From Tubiluchus corallicola (lineage: Eukaryota > Animalia > Priapulida), in NCBI GenBank assembly GCA_030141605.1, contig JAQGDQ010000064.1, positions 62,001 through 126,000 on the forward strand: a DNA stretch of 64,000 nucleotides. Direction: 5' to 3'. A program made the translations under genes and the position numbers. Below the pieces are notes generated by a model. The model searched no databases, was not told the DNA's origin, and saw only the letters and a list, made by a program, of their open reading frames with translations. This document shows, in pieces, positions 12,701 to 22,880 of the stretch (positions are counted from its first letter, which is position 1; the number at the start of each line of letters is the position of its first letter).

Positions 12701-15700
12701 TTGTTAAAACTGTTACTATTATAATAGCTTAGACAGCGAGCGTTCCCAAGTATACACAAATGCATTGTCTGGTACACTTAACCTTTGACCTTTTCACGAT
12801 CATCATCAATCACTGGAACTGTGAAAAGGCTTATTTAAGTCATAAGTCATTTATTTCACATTACACATTTACAATAGTTTCATGTACAATATATAGTGAA
12901 AGGGCCTACAATGAACATAATACAAATAAGCTTTTTATTGTTTCTGCACAAGAAAAGCCTCACACACTGTTCACCTATATACAAATGTAAATGTGTTGCG
13001 GGCAATCAAAAAGCAGGGCTTGTTAGATTGTCCCACACAGTGAAAGAAAAAAAGTAATAGAAATAATCTGAAAATTTAAAGTGAATCGTATGATGAAAAA
13101 AACATTAAGTGCTTAAAATGGAATGATGTAATGAATGAAGCTCATATTTGAGACTTTGATTGCATTTTGCAGTACACATTACAGAGCAACCTGACACACT
13201 CAGATCAATGTAGTGTAGACGTTCTTAAACTGACTGCTGTTCCATCGTGGTTCCATGTAGCTCTTATCTCATGGTTACAAACTTTCCGCTCAGAATGCTT
13301 CTTCAGGGTGGAAAAAGCTTTAGAACTTGAGGAGGAAGTAAGTATAGTAAAACAATGTTAAACTTTTTATAATCTTTGTAGCATTTAAATTCCTTTTAGG
13401 TTAAAAAATATAATAAATTTTAACTTGCTTATCTTTAAACAGTAATATATGTTGACTGTTATATAATAACTGAAAATGGATAAAGTAGTTCTTGATAAAT
13501 CAGTAAATCTTTTAATTTAATTTATAATAACAATTCAAAAGAAAGGTCGCACTTTGATAATTTGATAATTTTGTTTGAAAATAAGTAATCACAAAAATTT
13601 TTTGCTGTGCCTTTACTTATGACTTCTTTATTAGGTCATTTTTGTCGGTGTTGTTCAGAGCTTAAAGAAGTTTTCTATTTTTTGCTGTGGTTTTGAGTAC
13701 ATGCCTTTATAAAAAAATTGCAATTTTTTTAATTAAATGATTAGGATACTATTTTTTTAAATCATATTATGGAGTACTTTTGGTCTTAGATCTTTTTCCT
13801 GTCACATATCTCTACAGTTGATACGTAAAATGCTTCAAATGGAAAAATTTCTATCTTTGGTTCTTAAGAAATTCAAATATCATTTGCCAACTTATGAAAC
13901 TTATTCGTTCTATTGTTCAGTCTCACTCGCTTTTTTAGGTAATTCCTGTGACAACATTAGTGAGATATTCAGCATCAGCCGTTGATGTTCTGTCATTTTT
14001 CAACCAGATTTGCACCGAGTGGAAAGAAATTGCATTTGAATGCACAAATAACCGAGTGATGGCTGTCACTAAGCTCACCGATGTAATCCCATTACAATTA
14101 CTCTCTGTTCCTTTTTTGTAGTCTGCGATGCACAAATACTAATTAATTTAAGTTATAGTTTATTTATTTTTGTATAGCATAAAATCCATATAAATTTGTG
14201 TTTAAGCACTGTACAGAAAAAATACGTAAAGCTAATACTAAAATGACTATTTACAACAGCTAAATAATGCAAAATTGGAGAAGAAAAATTTAGGAAAACT
14301 AAAATAAAGATATAGAAAACTTATTAAGTTATTGTTATACAATGTTAATTTTAGGCCATCTGGTAGTTAGACGTAGTGCGCATGTGTGTGAATGGCAACG
14401 AAGGAAGAAGGTGGGTTTAACTTTCTGTGATCTTAAAATTTAAGTTAATGAGCTGGCAATCTTGTTTTTGTGTTCTATGTGTGATGGATCAGTTATAAAA
14501 TGGGAAGAAATAGTTCATTTTATACTAGATTGCATTTTGAAACATGAGAATCACATTAAACTCTACATATTTCAGTCACAATAATAACAATACAATTCAG
14601 TTAGGTTATAGACTAAAACTGTATTCAATAGTATTCTTGTATGAATAAATGCATCTTTAAAGGTGTTTAAACTTTCAAAATATTCACATGACCTGATTTC
14701 ATATGGAATGGCATTCCAGAGAATGGGGCCACTAAAATGTTGGTTTTGATCCGTGCTAAAAGTTCTACTGAAGTTCTGTTCAGTGAAATAAGCCTTTTCA
14801 CAGTTGTAGTGATTGATGATGATAATGAAAAGGTCAAAGGTGTAAGTGAACCAGACAACACTTTTGTGTACACTTGACAACGCCTCGCAGCCCATTGTCA
14901 TAGTAACAGCTAACTAGAACCTTACCTAGTTCATTTTTTCTTGTTTCCAAGCAAGATACTACTAGTAAATCATTCTTAAATAAATGCACAGACTAATGAA
15001 TAATAAAGTAAAGTCCACATAAAACAACTGAATTTACTGAACTGATAGCCAGACAGCTTTGGTTTACCCACATGTCACGTGACGGTTGTAGTTAAGACGC
15101 ATTCCTGTAGTACACTTAACCTTTTACCAACAGCAACTGCGCGTATGCATAGCAAAACTGTTAAAAGGCTTATTGACAGGAAGCATTTTGGAAACACATT
15201 GGGCAGTATAAATTGTCATCTGCTAATTGCTCATAAATGAAGTTTATTGTCTTATGTGTGTTGATACGGGTTCATAAGTGTAATGTTCATTGTGCTGTAT
15301 GGTAACAGTGCAGTATCATTTCACTTTTATTTGTTCTTTATTACAGTTAATCTGTGATGCTGCTCGATTGTATGCAGACGGAATCTACAAAAAGTTTCAA
15401 CAGAAAGGTAAGAAGATTTGTCAGTTGTCATTCACCAGTTAGTTACTATTCCTGATTGTTTTTCACAGAAAATAATGAGAGGAACTTGATTATTTTGATA
15501 TTTGTGTGTGACCAACATTAAACTTATTAATTAGTACTCAGTTAATCTGGATACTCTATTGCTCGATACCATTGTTAATAAATTACGTGAAAGCATTCAA
15601 TTAGTAGGGATGAGCATTCTCTATTAGAATGCAATTTCGTATCAAACCAAATTTTGACTTTGAAAGTTGAATTAAGCCAAATTTCAAGATTTCGAATCCG

Positions 15701-18700
15701 AGTCGAACTTGAATTTAGTTTTAAAGATTTTCGAGTCCTGCAAAGTTCATACATATCACTCGATTTTGTTCTGCCGTAAAAACACTAATAATCTGTTTAA
15801 AAATTGTATGTAGAATTGCAGCTAAATTGCGCTGATTGCATCATGTTACAAACGTTTTAACGAGAAGGAACTTTTGTAATTGAAGTGGTGAATTATTCGA
15901 ATCCATAATTTTAGGTTTGAATTAAATTGAATAATTTGAATTAAAAAACTCCCTTGAATCGAATTTGAATGTTCGATGCTTATCCCTATCAGTTAGTAAT
16001 CAAGATTGTCGATTAAAGGTTTAGATATTGTGACTCAGAGATGTAACGTCATGGATCAATTTTGTGTGATGTTAAACAACATTGCTCATATCAGCAGCTA
16101 TTTTCCTGATTTGGATCAACGATTGGAATGGGACACTGTGATTAGGTATGTTTTTGTTGTGCCCACGTCTCCCTGGTCAGTGCAGCATCATTTAAATCAG
16201 CTATTTATTAGTATGTTCAGGAGCGTAGCCAGGTTCTTAAGTAGGGGGAGCAAATACATGAAAAAGACACCATGACACATACCAAACAATTTTTAACACA
16301 TTGATTGGATATTTTAATCGTATTTAAAACCAAAGCACGGGAAAGATACAGTTTAAAGGAAGTACATAACTGTTATTTTGTATTTAAAATGAAAACATAA
16401 AAAAGGAGCTTTCTATAGCATATCTTACCATAAAAGAAATCCATGACAGTATGATTGTTTTTCTAAATCTAATGTCTTCATAATAAAACGTGAAGACACT
16501 GAAACTTGCCTTTGAAATATCTTACTAGACAATCGAGCGATAGTAATATATTATAGTAATTACATTCGAGGCAATTTAGTCTTGGTTCAAGCAGTCAACC
16601 TTGACAAATGAGTTGCATAAATGCGCGCTTATTTCGAAAACGCAGGTGGCAGGTTGGTCAAATAAACTCCATTGTTGACAAATTTTGAAAAATGTGCTTT
16701 GGCGAGCGGTTGCTCCCCTTGCTCCCCTATTAGCCACACCAGTGAATATTTTACTCATGTTTTGCAGAATGTTTTTTTAAAACTGATGTTGTAACAATTT
16801 AATCACCAAAACAGGATTCAATTGCAAAAAAATTCATGTTTTTTGTAAGCACGAAAAATGCAAAACCTCTGATCACACTTACTAACAGGGTGAGATAATA
16901 ATTATTTTTGCGTAATTATAAGAAAAAAATCATAGCATTCTTTTGCATACATAAATAAAAGACTTTCATCTTGTAGAAAATATATAATAATTTGGAAATA
17001 TATAAAATAACATTGAAAGATGAACTATTTGAGCAGATTTGTAATCTTAATATTTGTCGTTTTAGTGCATTGGGCGTGGAAAGTGCTTGTGACGATGATA
17101 TGACAGTACAAGTACTTGCTAATCAAACACAAAAGATGCTTCATCGTTTGACAAAGGGTGCATCGGATGATTTGTCTATGCGCATCGAGTTTCTGATGCG
17201 TCGTATTTCTGATTTCCTGTCACCTGATATGAAATTATACATTGACGTGTTCACTTCATCAGATGATAGTACAACTAAACAAGTAAAAGACTATTTACGT
17301 TTATGTTTTAGTAATGTTACCTTTGAGTTGTAGTGCCGGTGTTTCTTATTACATTACATGTACATCTGGTGTAAGTTGCACTTAGCTTATTATATATACC
17401 AATATCAGTCTTTTCAAGAAAATATGTGAAATAAATAATTACTAAACAATGTTGGGAACAAATATTCTATAACAGAAGTGCATATTTCTTGATTTATTTT
17501 GAGTTTTATTGAATGAGCACTTTTGTACAGTAAAAAATTCTAGCTTTGTTTCTGAGGTTCTATATAAAATACCAACTCTATGTTTTTTTACAGGACTTGG
17601 ATCCTTTATTGCAATACCTTGATTGCAACTTACAGACATTATATGAAAAACTACTGTCTTCAATTTATCCACGTATGACTGAAGAGGTCTGGCATGCCCT
17701 ACTGCGCAGTATGGAGGAGAAATTACAATTAGGGGTGAGCATCTGTTAGCAAATGATGTATTTTACCCTGAAATTAAAAAAAAACAGAAAAAACATTTGA
17801 AAACTGTTAATTTTTTATATTGAAATGTTTTGTTTATTTTTACTTTTTACTGGTTTTTTACTTGTCTCTATTGCTTAGAGGGCACGAAAACTTTTGATAA
17901 TAAAGCTTACAAAATTCATCTTGGAATTTTACATGACTGTATTTTTACAGTACTTGCTTTAGCAGTAATGCTGTTTAAAACTTGTAAATTTAAGCTCCCA
18001 TGATGATTGTTAGGCATTGCCATTTTAACAGTAAGTCGTTTGAAACAAGTTTAGGTAACGCTGTGTAAAGTTTGAAAAATTAATTAGAGCATTTGTAGTA
18101 CACACTTCATTAAATAAACAAAAGTTTAATTTACTTTAGATTGTCAGTAAGATCAATAATATGTTTTTTGGTGAATTAGTGTTACGTACTGGGTTGGTGA
18201 TGCAGTATTGTTTTACCAGGTGGCACGAATATTTTAAATTATTAAGAACTTTCTTTTCAAATTACATAAGTCTTTCAAACAACTAAGAGTATTGTCAAAT
18301 AATATAACTTTGCATGGAAAGTTTTTTGGGGTATACTTTTTAAAAGTTCCCTTTTCTTTCCCTTTAAGTATTTCTTAATTGATTATCTTTATCTGCAGTC
18401 ATGAATTTAAAGCATTTTATGTTTCCTTTCTTTCAGCGTCCACCACAATATTACCGATTGGTGAAAAAGGTAAAATTTTGTTAATTTTTTATAAGCTTTA
18501 GGTTATCAGTTATAACATCTTTGATTATACGTTCCGGCATTTGATAATCATAAGCCGACATAAAAACAAATATGAAAAACAAACAACTGAAAAAACGGTT
18601 GGGAATTAACACAGAACTATCTCAGTTTATTTCCTGCAATGTCTTATAATTATACTTTTGTTTGTAAGTTCTATTTTTATTCAATAACATTTATGTCCAT

Positions 18701-19160
18701 TTCAGTACCTCCATTCGCTTGAGGATTATTTCGTCCAACTTGGTGTGAATCACAATAGAATGACGACTCTGACCATGGAATCTCTCCTCACTCGACTTGA
18801 CGTAAATTCGTGGACGACTGTCGAGTTGCAGTTACAGTATTACGATCATTTGGCAAATTGTATGGTAAGTTCTGTCAATTGGCTATTGATATCTATATAA
18901 TTAAGAACACTGTTTTTTAACTGTCGGCTTATTTTTGGCTTAGCAAATGACCTAATTTTATTTTTAAAATATGATATTAAAAATGGAATAAGTTTCAGAT
19001 ACTTCTGAATCTCAAACCCAGAAGTTTGCTTTCTTCTGGGAACACCTAACTGATTTTATTGTAATTGGAGTTTTGCATAACAGCTATTCTTCACTTGTAG
19101 ATAAATAAAAATTTCGCCTTTTTTTGAGATTAATTTTACAAATATAAAATTGTATTTTTT

Positions 19161-19217
<57 letters not shown>

Positions 19218-19613
19218 TACAACAATAGTAATAATATTTGCTCTAAAAAAGGGGTTAGCAGAAAATACAATGCAAATTTAAAAAACTTAATAAGCCCACC
19301 TTATTAAATGTTACTTTCTAATGTAATTAATTGTTGCAGTATAACAGTGTCTGTTTTTTAGGACACACCAGTTGATTATTATGGGCACCTTGCTATTAAA
19401 GCAGCTTATGTCGAAGATATAGGAGACAAGATTACTATTCTTATTAAAGGTAATTAAAGGATATCCTTATTAAAGGATAAGATATCTTGTATTCCTAAAT
19501 TCCTCCTCCTCCTCTTCCTCTGCTCTTCTTCCCTTTTACTACTGCTGCTGCTGCTGCTGCTATTGCTACTGCTACTGCTACTGCTACTGCTACTGCTACT
19601 GCTACTGCTACTG

Positions 19614-19686
<73 letters not shown>

Positions 19687-22600
19687 AATACTGACTTGAA
19701 ATATAACATTTGTTGCATAATTTCTGGAAATAAGATTTGAGGAATGTATTGCTGGAAGGCATCAAACTGGAATAATTTTGGAGAGGGTTGCTTAAACCAA
19801 AATTTTTGACAAATATCAATAACACCAACTGTTATTTAGTGATTATTATAAGATTATTATTATGCCAGCATCATAAGAAAACATAACATGCACGATTTTC
19901 ACTTTATCTAACATGTTTATATGATTTACAACCTCATTTTGTGATCACCGAGCCCAGCTCTTGCAGTGCAATCTTAACTGTCTGCAAACAGTAAATGTGT
20001 GGCAATGAGAAAGGTGATGTTCAGGACATCACATTGAAATTTCTTGTTCTGCTCATAAGTACACTTTTTCTCACCAGGTTAAGTGCAAGACTGGACCTCA
20101 CAGTCCTTTAACTACAAATCTCTAAATTGGACTCTGTGCATGACCAATTTTAACAGACCAAGCTAACAAGATCTGGGACAAAGCTATATATGTCTCAGTT
20201 TTCTTAAAAATAATTGCAACAATAAACATTTAATACTTGCAAATTGTAATTACTGTATAACTATGTCAGAATGATTGTAGTTTTACATATAAAATTTCAA
20301 CAGTTTTTACTAAAGATTAGTGCTGCAATATTGCTGTATGAATTTAATTGAATTGTTGCAGAAGAATGCTGATCGTATTTAGGTAGTAGATCACTGAGTT
20401 TGCAGTTCTTTTCCATTTTTTTCTTATAGTTCTGAATGCAAGTAATTTACCAGTGCTCTGCGTGGGATCTAGACACACAAAAGTTTGCGTTCATGCTGAA
20501 TTACGTCCTTCATGTTTCTTTTTGAACACAAAACCACAGAGAACAAGAGGTGTAGACGAATCGCGCAGTCCAGTGTTTAACGAAAGTATTCAATTGTAAG
20601 TACAAATCACAAATTAATTGGAATGCTGGTTATTTCCTGTTGCATTATTATGTTTTTGCCAGAAAGTGCTGTCAATGAATTTGTTCTGTTTAGACTTGTT
20701 TAGCCAACTTTTGGTTGTCTAAGTTTGAAATTTGAAGATTATTATTATCACATATAGCACAATATTCATTTGTTCAAACAAAAAAAGAGAGAACATTTAT
20801 TGTCATACACACATATCATGTTATATATCATTGCCGTATTGAATGAATACTCGAGCTTGTCGATACTTGGTAAAAATAGACTATTTATGTCTACTGCAGC
20901 ATTTGAAAGAATGGCAAAATATACATATTTAGATAAATTACTACATGAAATGTACTGGTCTTATCATTCTAATGAATGTGTAATTGCTGGTTTTACAACA
21001 TTTGAAATTGATGAAATGTTATTAACCCTGTTGACTGAATAATTTGTAAATATATATTCGTTCTCTGTGTTTGTAAATAGTTGCATGTTGTTATTTCTTG
21101 TTATTTGTTTTGTCACTATCTTCGATTGCATGTTGTAAAGTATACGAATAAATTAACATATTTTTACAGCAACAGTTTGCACAGCAGTGGAAGCAAACTT
21201 TGCTAAGCCCACTTCTCAAATGTAAACTAGAAACAGATATATCTATATATAAATTTACTATTATATCTTTATTTCAGCATTTTACCCAATGCACATTGCC
21301 TCTTGATTGCTGATGTTTTCTACACCATCCTATTTGTATTAGCTTTTTTACTGTAAAAACCTATGACTTTGACTTTAAGAATTCAGAGATTAAGCTTAGA
21401 AATTTTTCATAACTAGCAAAATAGTGCAATTTTGTTACTAATTTTTAGTACGTTTTATTTAACCTTTATATTTTGCTTTTTGTTTACCAAGGAGTCTTGC
21501 ATCAATAACATTTGTCATTTTATTTCAGTTCATCAATATCAGCGTCTTCGCTGTCTTGTTGTGGGACGGTTTTGTGTTTTACTGTTGTTGACCAAAGCCT
21601 TCTGTCCGAATCATTTATTGGTGAAATGTTCATACCTCTTAGAAATCTTTCACAAGTGACCCCAACGCAGGGGCTTGAAAGGGTTGCAGCTGTGATGATG
21701 CCATTGAAAAGGCCCATTGATCCTGAAGATGGGCCATTTCAGGTATGTGAAAATTAACTGGTTACCTGTTTATAGTTTGGCGTCTAATTCTAAGAAATAG
21801 AACATTGAACATATTATGAAAATGCACACTGCTCAAACTGTCAAAATGTGCAACTGTGAATGTCAGAAAAAATAGCACGGGTAAATATGGCACAAGAAAA
21901 ATGACACAAATGAAAAAGTAGGAAAAAATAGCACGTATGTTATTTTGAATCAAATAATTTCTATAATAGAACTAGAATGCACTCAGTAGGAAGCAGACCT
22001 CCACCATGTCAAGAAATCCACATGTTCATCTGATTCTTTTAATAGGAAAAATAAAAACAAGGAAACATGCAAAATAATTAAGCGTTATTTATATAGACTA
22101 ACAAAAGATTCACAAAATATTTTGTTCGTTAAACAGAATTATAATCAATAATCCACAATAAATACTCATTGTGTTTGTCTATATTTTTTCAACCATTTCG
22201 CTTTGATATAACAGACTAGCAGATATATGTTTTTTTACATACAAAGTCAGTTTATAAGCCTATACACATGTATAATGAAAAGTTATAGACAGCATTACAC
22301 GTTTTTCCAAGCAAGAATTTTTCGAAATGAAATCTAGAACTAGTTGTTTATCCGAGTGAAGATAATAGAAAAGAATTAATTACCCCTTATAGCCAAGCCC
22401 TGCTTTTTCCAAAGAGCTATTATTTCCTGTGCCATTTTACCATGTCATTTTTGCCGCGCACCATTTAACTGTTATTGTGTTTCTAGTGTATGAGTTGATA
22501 TTAATTCAAAATGTCAGTAATGGTACGCTAATTAGAATCGTACATGTATGTATATAATTCTTTGAATAACTGTCTTATGCCATGTTTGTGCAATGTAAGT

Positions 22601-22880
22601 TTTCTGCACATGATAATGTGTTGTAACTTCTTTTTGGATATTGTTGACGATGTTTTTATGCTATGATAATAAAATTTTTAATAAATTTGAAAATCTAATG
22701 CAGTACAGTTTATTCAAAAAGGTGTTGAAAGAAAGGAGCAATATGGACAAACAAGCAAAGCAATTCATCTCTCAAAGATTAAAAGTCATTAATAACCAGC
22801 CGAAGAAACGTGATGATGCTGATGGCAGCAACAACAAACACTGTTTGCCTTCACCTTTTCTGGCATTCTTCCGGGGTTAG
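589..22880 (+). CDS. BAIAP3-like: Munc13-4/BAIAP3-like (unc-13-4) vesicle priming protein, C2A-MUN-C2B; 27 coding exons, ~1216 aa (the 5' end may extend upstream)
   Basis: Exons: 589-795, 4514-4630, 5716-5775, 6888-6957, 7300-7390, 7494-7667, 7873-7992, 8121-8202, 8365-8475, 8940-9157, 9318-9483, 10275-10402, 10686-10776, 11116-11325, 12127-12258, 13173-13337, 13939-14082, 15347-15407, 16019-16145, 17066-17282, 17594-17734, 18437-18469, 18706-18864, 19362-19449, 20430-20595, 21529-21742, 22722-22880. All introns are GT-AG with consistent phases; total 3651 nt with no internal stop. Family motifs: NPLG..LANYLQ.VF, VTVKEAKNL..EPYC..WDEHFEF..IWNND..DDFIGQATIPLRDIP..WFEL (C2A), SASAVDV..F.QI..W, PLLQYLDCNLQTL (MUN), VLNASNL..PVFNE..FTVVD..FIGE (C2B), and C-terminal VLKERSNMDKQAKQF. 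Confidence 0.88.
1255..1518. repeat. 70-bp perfect palindrome plus local duplications around (TA)n tracts
   Basis: 1255-1324 is self-complementary; its right arm plus GACAGCTACGAAAGCCA recurs at about 1459-1518 and partly at 1418-1435. Confidence 0.85.
2340..2600 (+). mobile_element. Decayed 3' ORF2 fragment of an L2-like LINE
   Basis: WLPVRQ*TKLKILLL / KCLNGLAACYLSELLQTYTP / LVSAGDR, with a stop and frameshifts. Confidence 0.6.
3863..3961 (+). CDS. Probable alternative first coding exon 1b (MEKSSALSVLPFHDCPVIITPSVSDNESSDEPE)
   Basis: ATG in context gtcATGG; 33 codons; donor GAG/gtaatt in phase 0; no good in-phase acceptor upstream. Confidence 0.5.
4060..4190. repeat. (GATTA/GACTA/GATCA)n pentanucleotide microsatellite
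   Basis: Visible 5-bp periodicity. Confidence 0.85.
4514..4630 (+). CDS. BAIAP3-like exon (MSEFEY...LANYLQT)
   Basis: Acceptor tttttcag, donor gtaagt; phase 0-0. Confidence 0.85.
4915..5400 (-). mobile_element. Decayed LINE 3' end
   Basis: Short (CAATT)n tail followed by an AT-rich 3' UTR-like stretch and a degenerate ORF end. Confidence 0.4.
5716..5775 (+). CDS. BAIAP3-like exon (VFEIDPSQHELWVKQEQNKK)
   Basis: Acceptor ttatccag, donor gtatgt; phase 0-0. Confidence 0.8.
6888..6957 (+). CDS. BAIAP3-like exon, start of C2A (RLNIVLNVTVKEAKNL)
   Basis: Acceptor atttcag, donor gtaagt; phase 0-1. Confidence 0.85.
7300..7390 (+). CDS. BAIAP3-like exon, C2A (LEPYCILTV)
   Basis: Acceptor ttttcag, donor gtaagt; phase 1-2. 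Confidence 0.85.
7494..7667 (+). CDS. BAIAP3-like exon, C2A insert through WDEHFE
   Basis: Acceptor actgcag, donor gtgagt; phase 2-2. Confidence 0.85.
7873..7992 (+). CDS. BAIAP3-like exon, C2A (LLIYIWNNDK)
   Basis: Acceptor gatatag, donor gttaac; phase 2-2. Confidence 0.82.
8121..8202 (+). CDS. BAIAP3-like exon, C2A (DDFIGQATIPLR)
   Basis: Acceptor tttgtag, donor gtaata; phase 2-0. Confidence 0.88.
8365..8475 (+). CDS. BAIAP3-like exon, end of C2A (DIPATGCCLWFEL)
   Basis: Acceptor ttccag, donor gtaaca; phase 0-0. Confidence 0.88.
8940..9157 (+). CDS. BAIAP3-like exon
   Basis: Acceptor ttgttag, donor gtaagt; phase 0-2; encodes YNGEPPEESKLILQLFAAQNQLS. Confidence 0.85.
9318..9483 (+). CDS. 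BAIAP3-like exon, followed by a U12-like donor
   Basis: Acceptor cttttag, donor gtatccttt; phase 2-0. Confidence 0.8.
9484..10274 (+). other. Candidate U12-type (minor spliceosome) GT-AG intron
   Basis: 5' splice site GTATCCTTT is an exact U12 consensus; imperfect branch site tgctttaag about 20 nt before the AG. Confidence 0.6.
10275..10402 (+). CDS. BAIAP3-like exon
   Basis: Acceptor gtttcag, donor gtatgt; phase 0-2. Confidence 0.8.
10686..10776 (+). CDS. BAIAP3-like exon
   Basis: Acceptor tttttag, donor gtagga; phase 2-0. Confidence 0.8.
11116..11325 (+). CDS. BAIAP3-like exon (MUN region)
   Basis: Acceptor cttgtag, donor gtaatt; phase 0-0; overlaps the ORF at 11122-11349. Confidence 0.85.
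11360..11810 (-). mobile_element. Non-autonomous DNA element (TTAAAGG-type end, Kolobok/Crypton-like), copy 1
   Basis: Reverse complement of 23476-23895; shares tataaccccaac, aatttactgtaaaa and aaccctcactata. Confidence 0.65.
12127..12258 (+). CDS. BAIAP3-like exon (MUN region; SLKFYLALKKLR)
   Basis: Acceptor ttgcag, donor gtatgt; phase 0-0. Confidence 0.82.
12442..12835 (+). mobile_element. MITE with 19-bp TIRs AATAAGCCTTTTCACAGTT, copy 1
   Basis: Perfect TIRs; homologous copy at 14787-15174; TSD not resolved. Confidence 0.85.
13173..13337 (+). CDS. BAIAP3-like exon, MHD1 (WFHVALISWL..RVEKALELE)
   Basis: Acceptor tttgcag, donor gtaagt; phase 0-0. Confidence 0.88.
13939..14082 (+). CDS. 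BAIAP3-like exon, MHD1 (YSASAVDVLSFFNQICTEW)
   Basis: Acceptor ttttttag, donor gtaatc; phase 0-0. Confidence 0.88.
14575..14780 (-). mobile_element. LINE ORF2 C-terminal remnant adjacent to the MITE
   Basis: FSGPILWNAIPYEIRSCE..SLNTFK motif. Confidence 0.6.
14787..15174 (-). mobile_element. Same MITE, copy 2, inverted
   Basis: TIRs aataagccttttcacagtt ... aactgttaaaaggcttatt; interior is the reverse complement of copy 1. Confidence 0.85.
15347..15407 (+). CDS. BAIAP3-like exon (LICDAARLYAD)
   Basis: Acceptor ttacag, donor gtaaga; phase 0-1. Confidence 0.85.
15605..15988. mobile_element. hAT-type MITE
   Basis: TIRs TAGGGATGAGCAT / ATGCTTATCCCTA; 8-bp TSD tcaattag/tcagttag; internal TCGAA subrepeats. 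Confidence 0.8.
16019..16145 (+). CDS. BAIAP3-like exon (CVMLNNI); exon start at 16019 or 16025
   Basis: Weak acceptor ttaaag or gtttag, donor gtatgt; phase 1-2. Confidence 0.78.
16218..16744. mobile_element. hAT-type MITE (CAGGGGCGTAGCCAGG-like TIR)
   Basis: caggagcgtagccagg ... tagccacaccagtg; degenerate 8-bp TSD agtatgtt/aatatttt. Confidence 0.65.
17066..17282 (+). CDS. BAIAP3-like exon (MUN region)
   Basis: Acceptor gttttag, donor gtaaaa; phase 2-0. Confidence 0.85.
17594..17734 (+). CDS. BAIAP3-like exon, MHD2 (DPLLQYLDCNLQTLYEKL)
   Basis: Acceptor tttacag, donor gtgagc; phase 0-0. Confidence 0.9.
17875..18367 (+). mobile_element. TTAA-bounded non-autonomous element (Kolobok/Crypton-like), copy 1 of 3
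   Basis: Shares agtaagtcgtttgaaacaagttt..agagcatt.gtag..ggaaagttttt..ttccc and ends ccctttaa; homologous to the copies at 54694 and 59785. Confidence 0.7.
18437..18469 (+). CDS. BAIAP3-like 33-nt micro-exon (RPPQYYRLVKK)
   Basis: Long pyrimidine tract ending tttcag, donor gtaaaa; phase 0-0. Confidence 0.75.
18706..18864 (+). CDS. BAIAP3-like exon, end of MHD2 (WTTVELQLQYY)
   Basis: Acceptor atttcag, donor gtaagt; phase 0-0. Confidence 0.88.
19168..19213. repeat. (TA)n microsatellite
   Basis: Seen directly. Confidence 0.95.
19362..19449 (+). CDS. BAIAP3-like exon, start of C2B (YYGHLAIKAAY)
   Basis: Acceptor ttttttag, donor gtaatt; phase 0-1. Confidence 0.85.
19501..19686. repeat. Compound (CCT)(CTG)(CTACTG)(CTA)n microsatellite
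   Basis: Seen directly; explains the poly-Ser ORF at 19454-19828. Confidence 0.95.
20430..20595 (+). CDS. BAIAP3-like exon, C2B (VLNASNLP..SPVFNESIQF)
   Basis: Acceptor cttatag, donor gtaagt; phase 1-2. Confidence 0.88.
21529..21742 (+). CDS. BAIAP3-like exon, C2B (LCFTVVDQSLLSESFIGEMFIPL)
   Basis: Acceptor atttcag, donor gtatgt; phase 2-0. Confidence 0.88.
21860..22470. mobile_element. Foldback-like element with AAATGGCAC-type subrepeat arms
   Basis: aaatagcacgggtaaatatggcacaagaaaa on the left; its reverse-complement style ttcctgtgccattttaccatgtcatttt on the right. Confidence 0.5.
22722..22880 (+). CDS. BAIAP3-like terminal exon, ending at TAG
   Basis: Acceptor ttcaaaaag; VLKERSNMDKQAKQF resembles the C-terminal helix of the family. 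Confidence 0.8.
   Translation: MLKERSNMDKQAKQFISQRLKVINNQPKKRDDADGSNNKHCLPSPFLAFFRG

Noticed and set aside
19454-19828. Poly-Ser ORF on the minus strand
   Set aside because: Translation of an intronic trinucleotide microsatellite.
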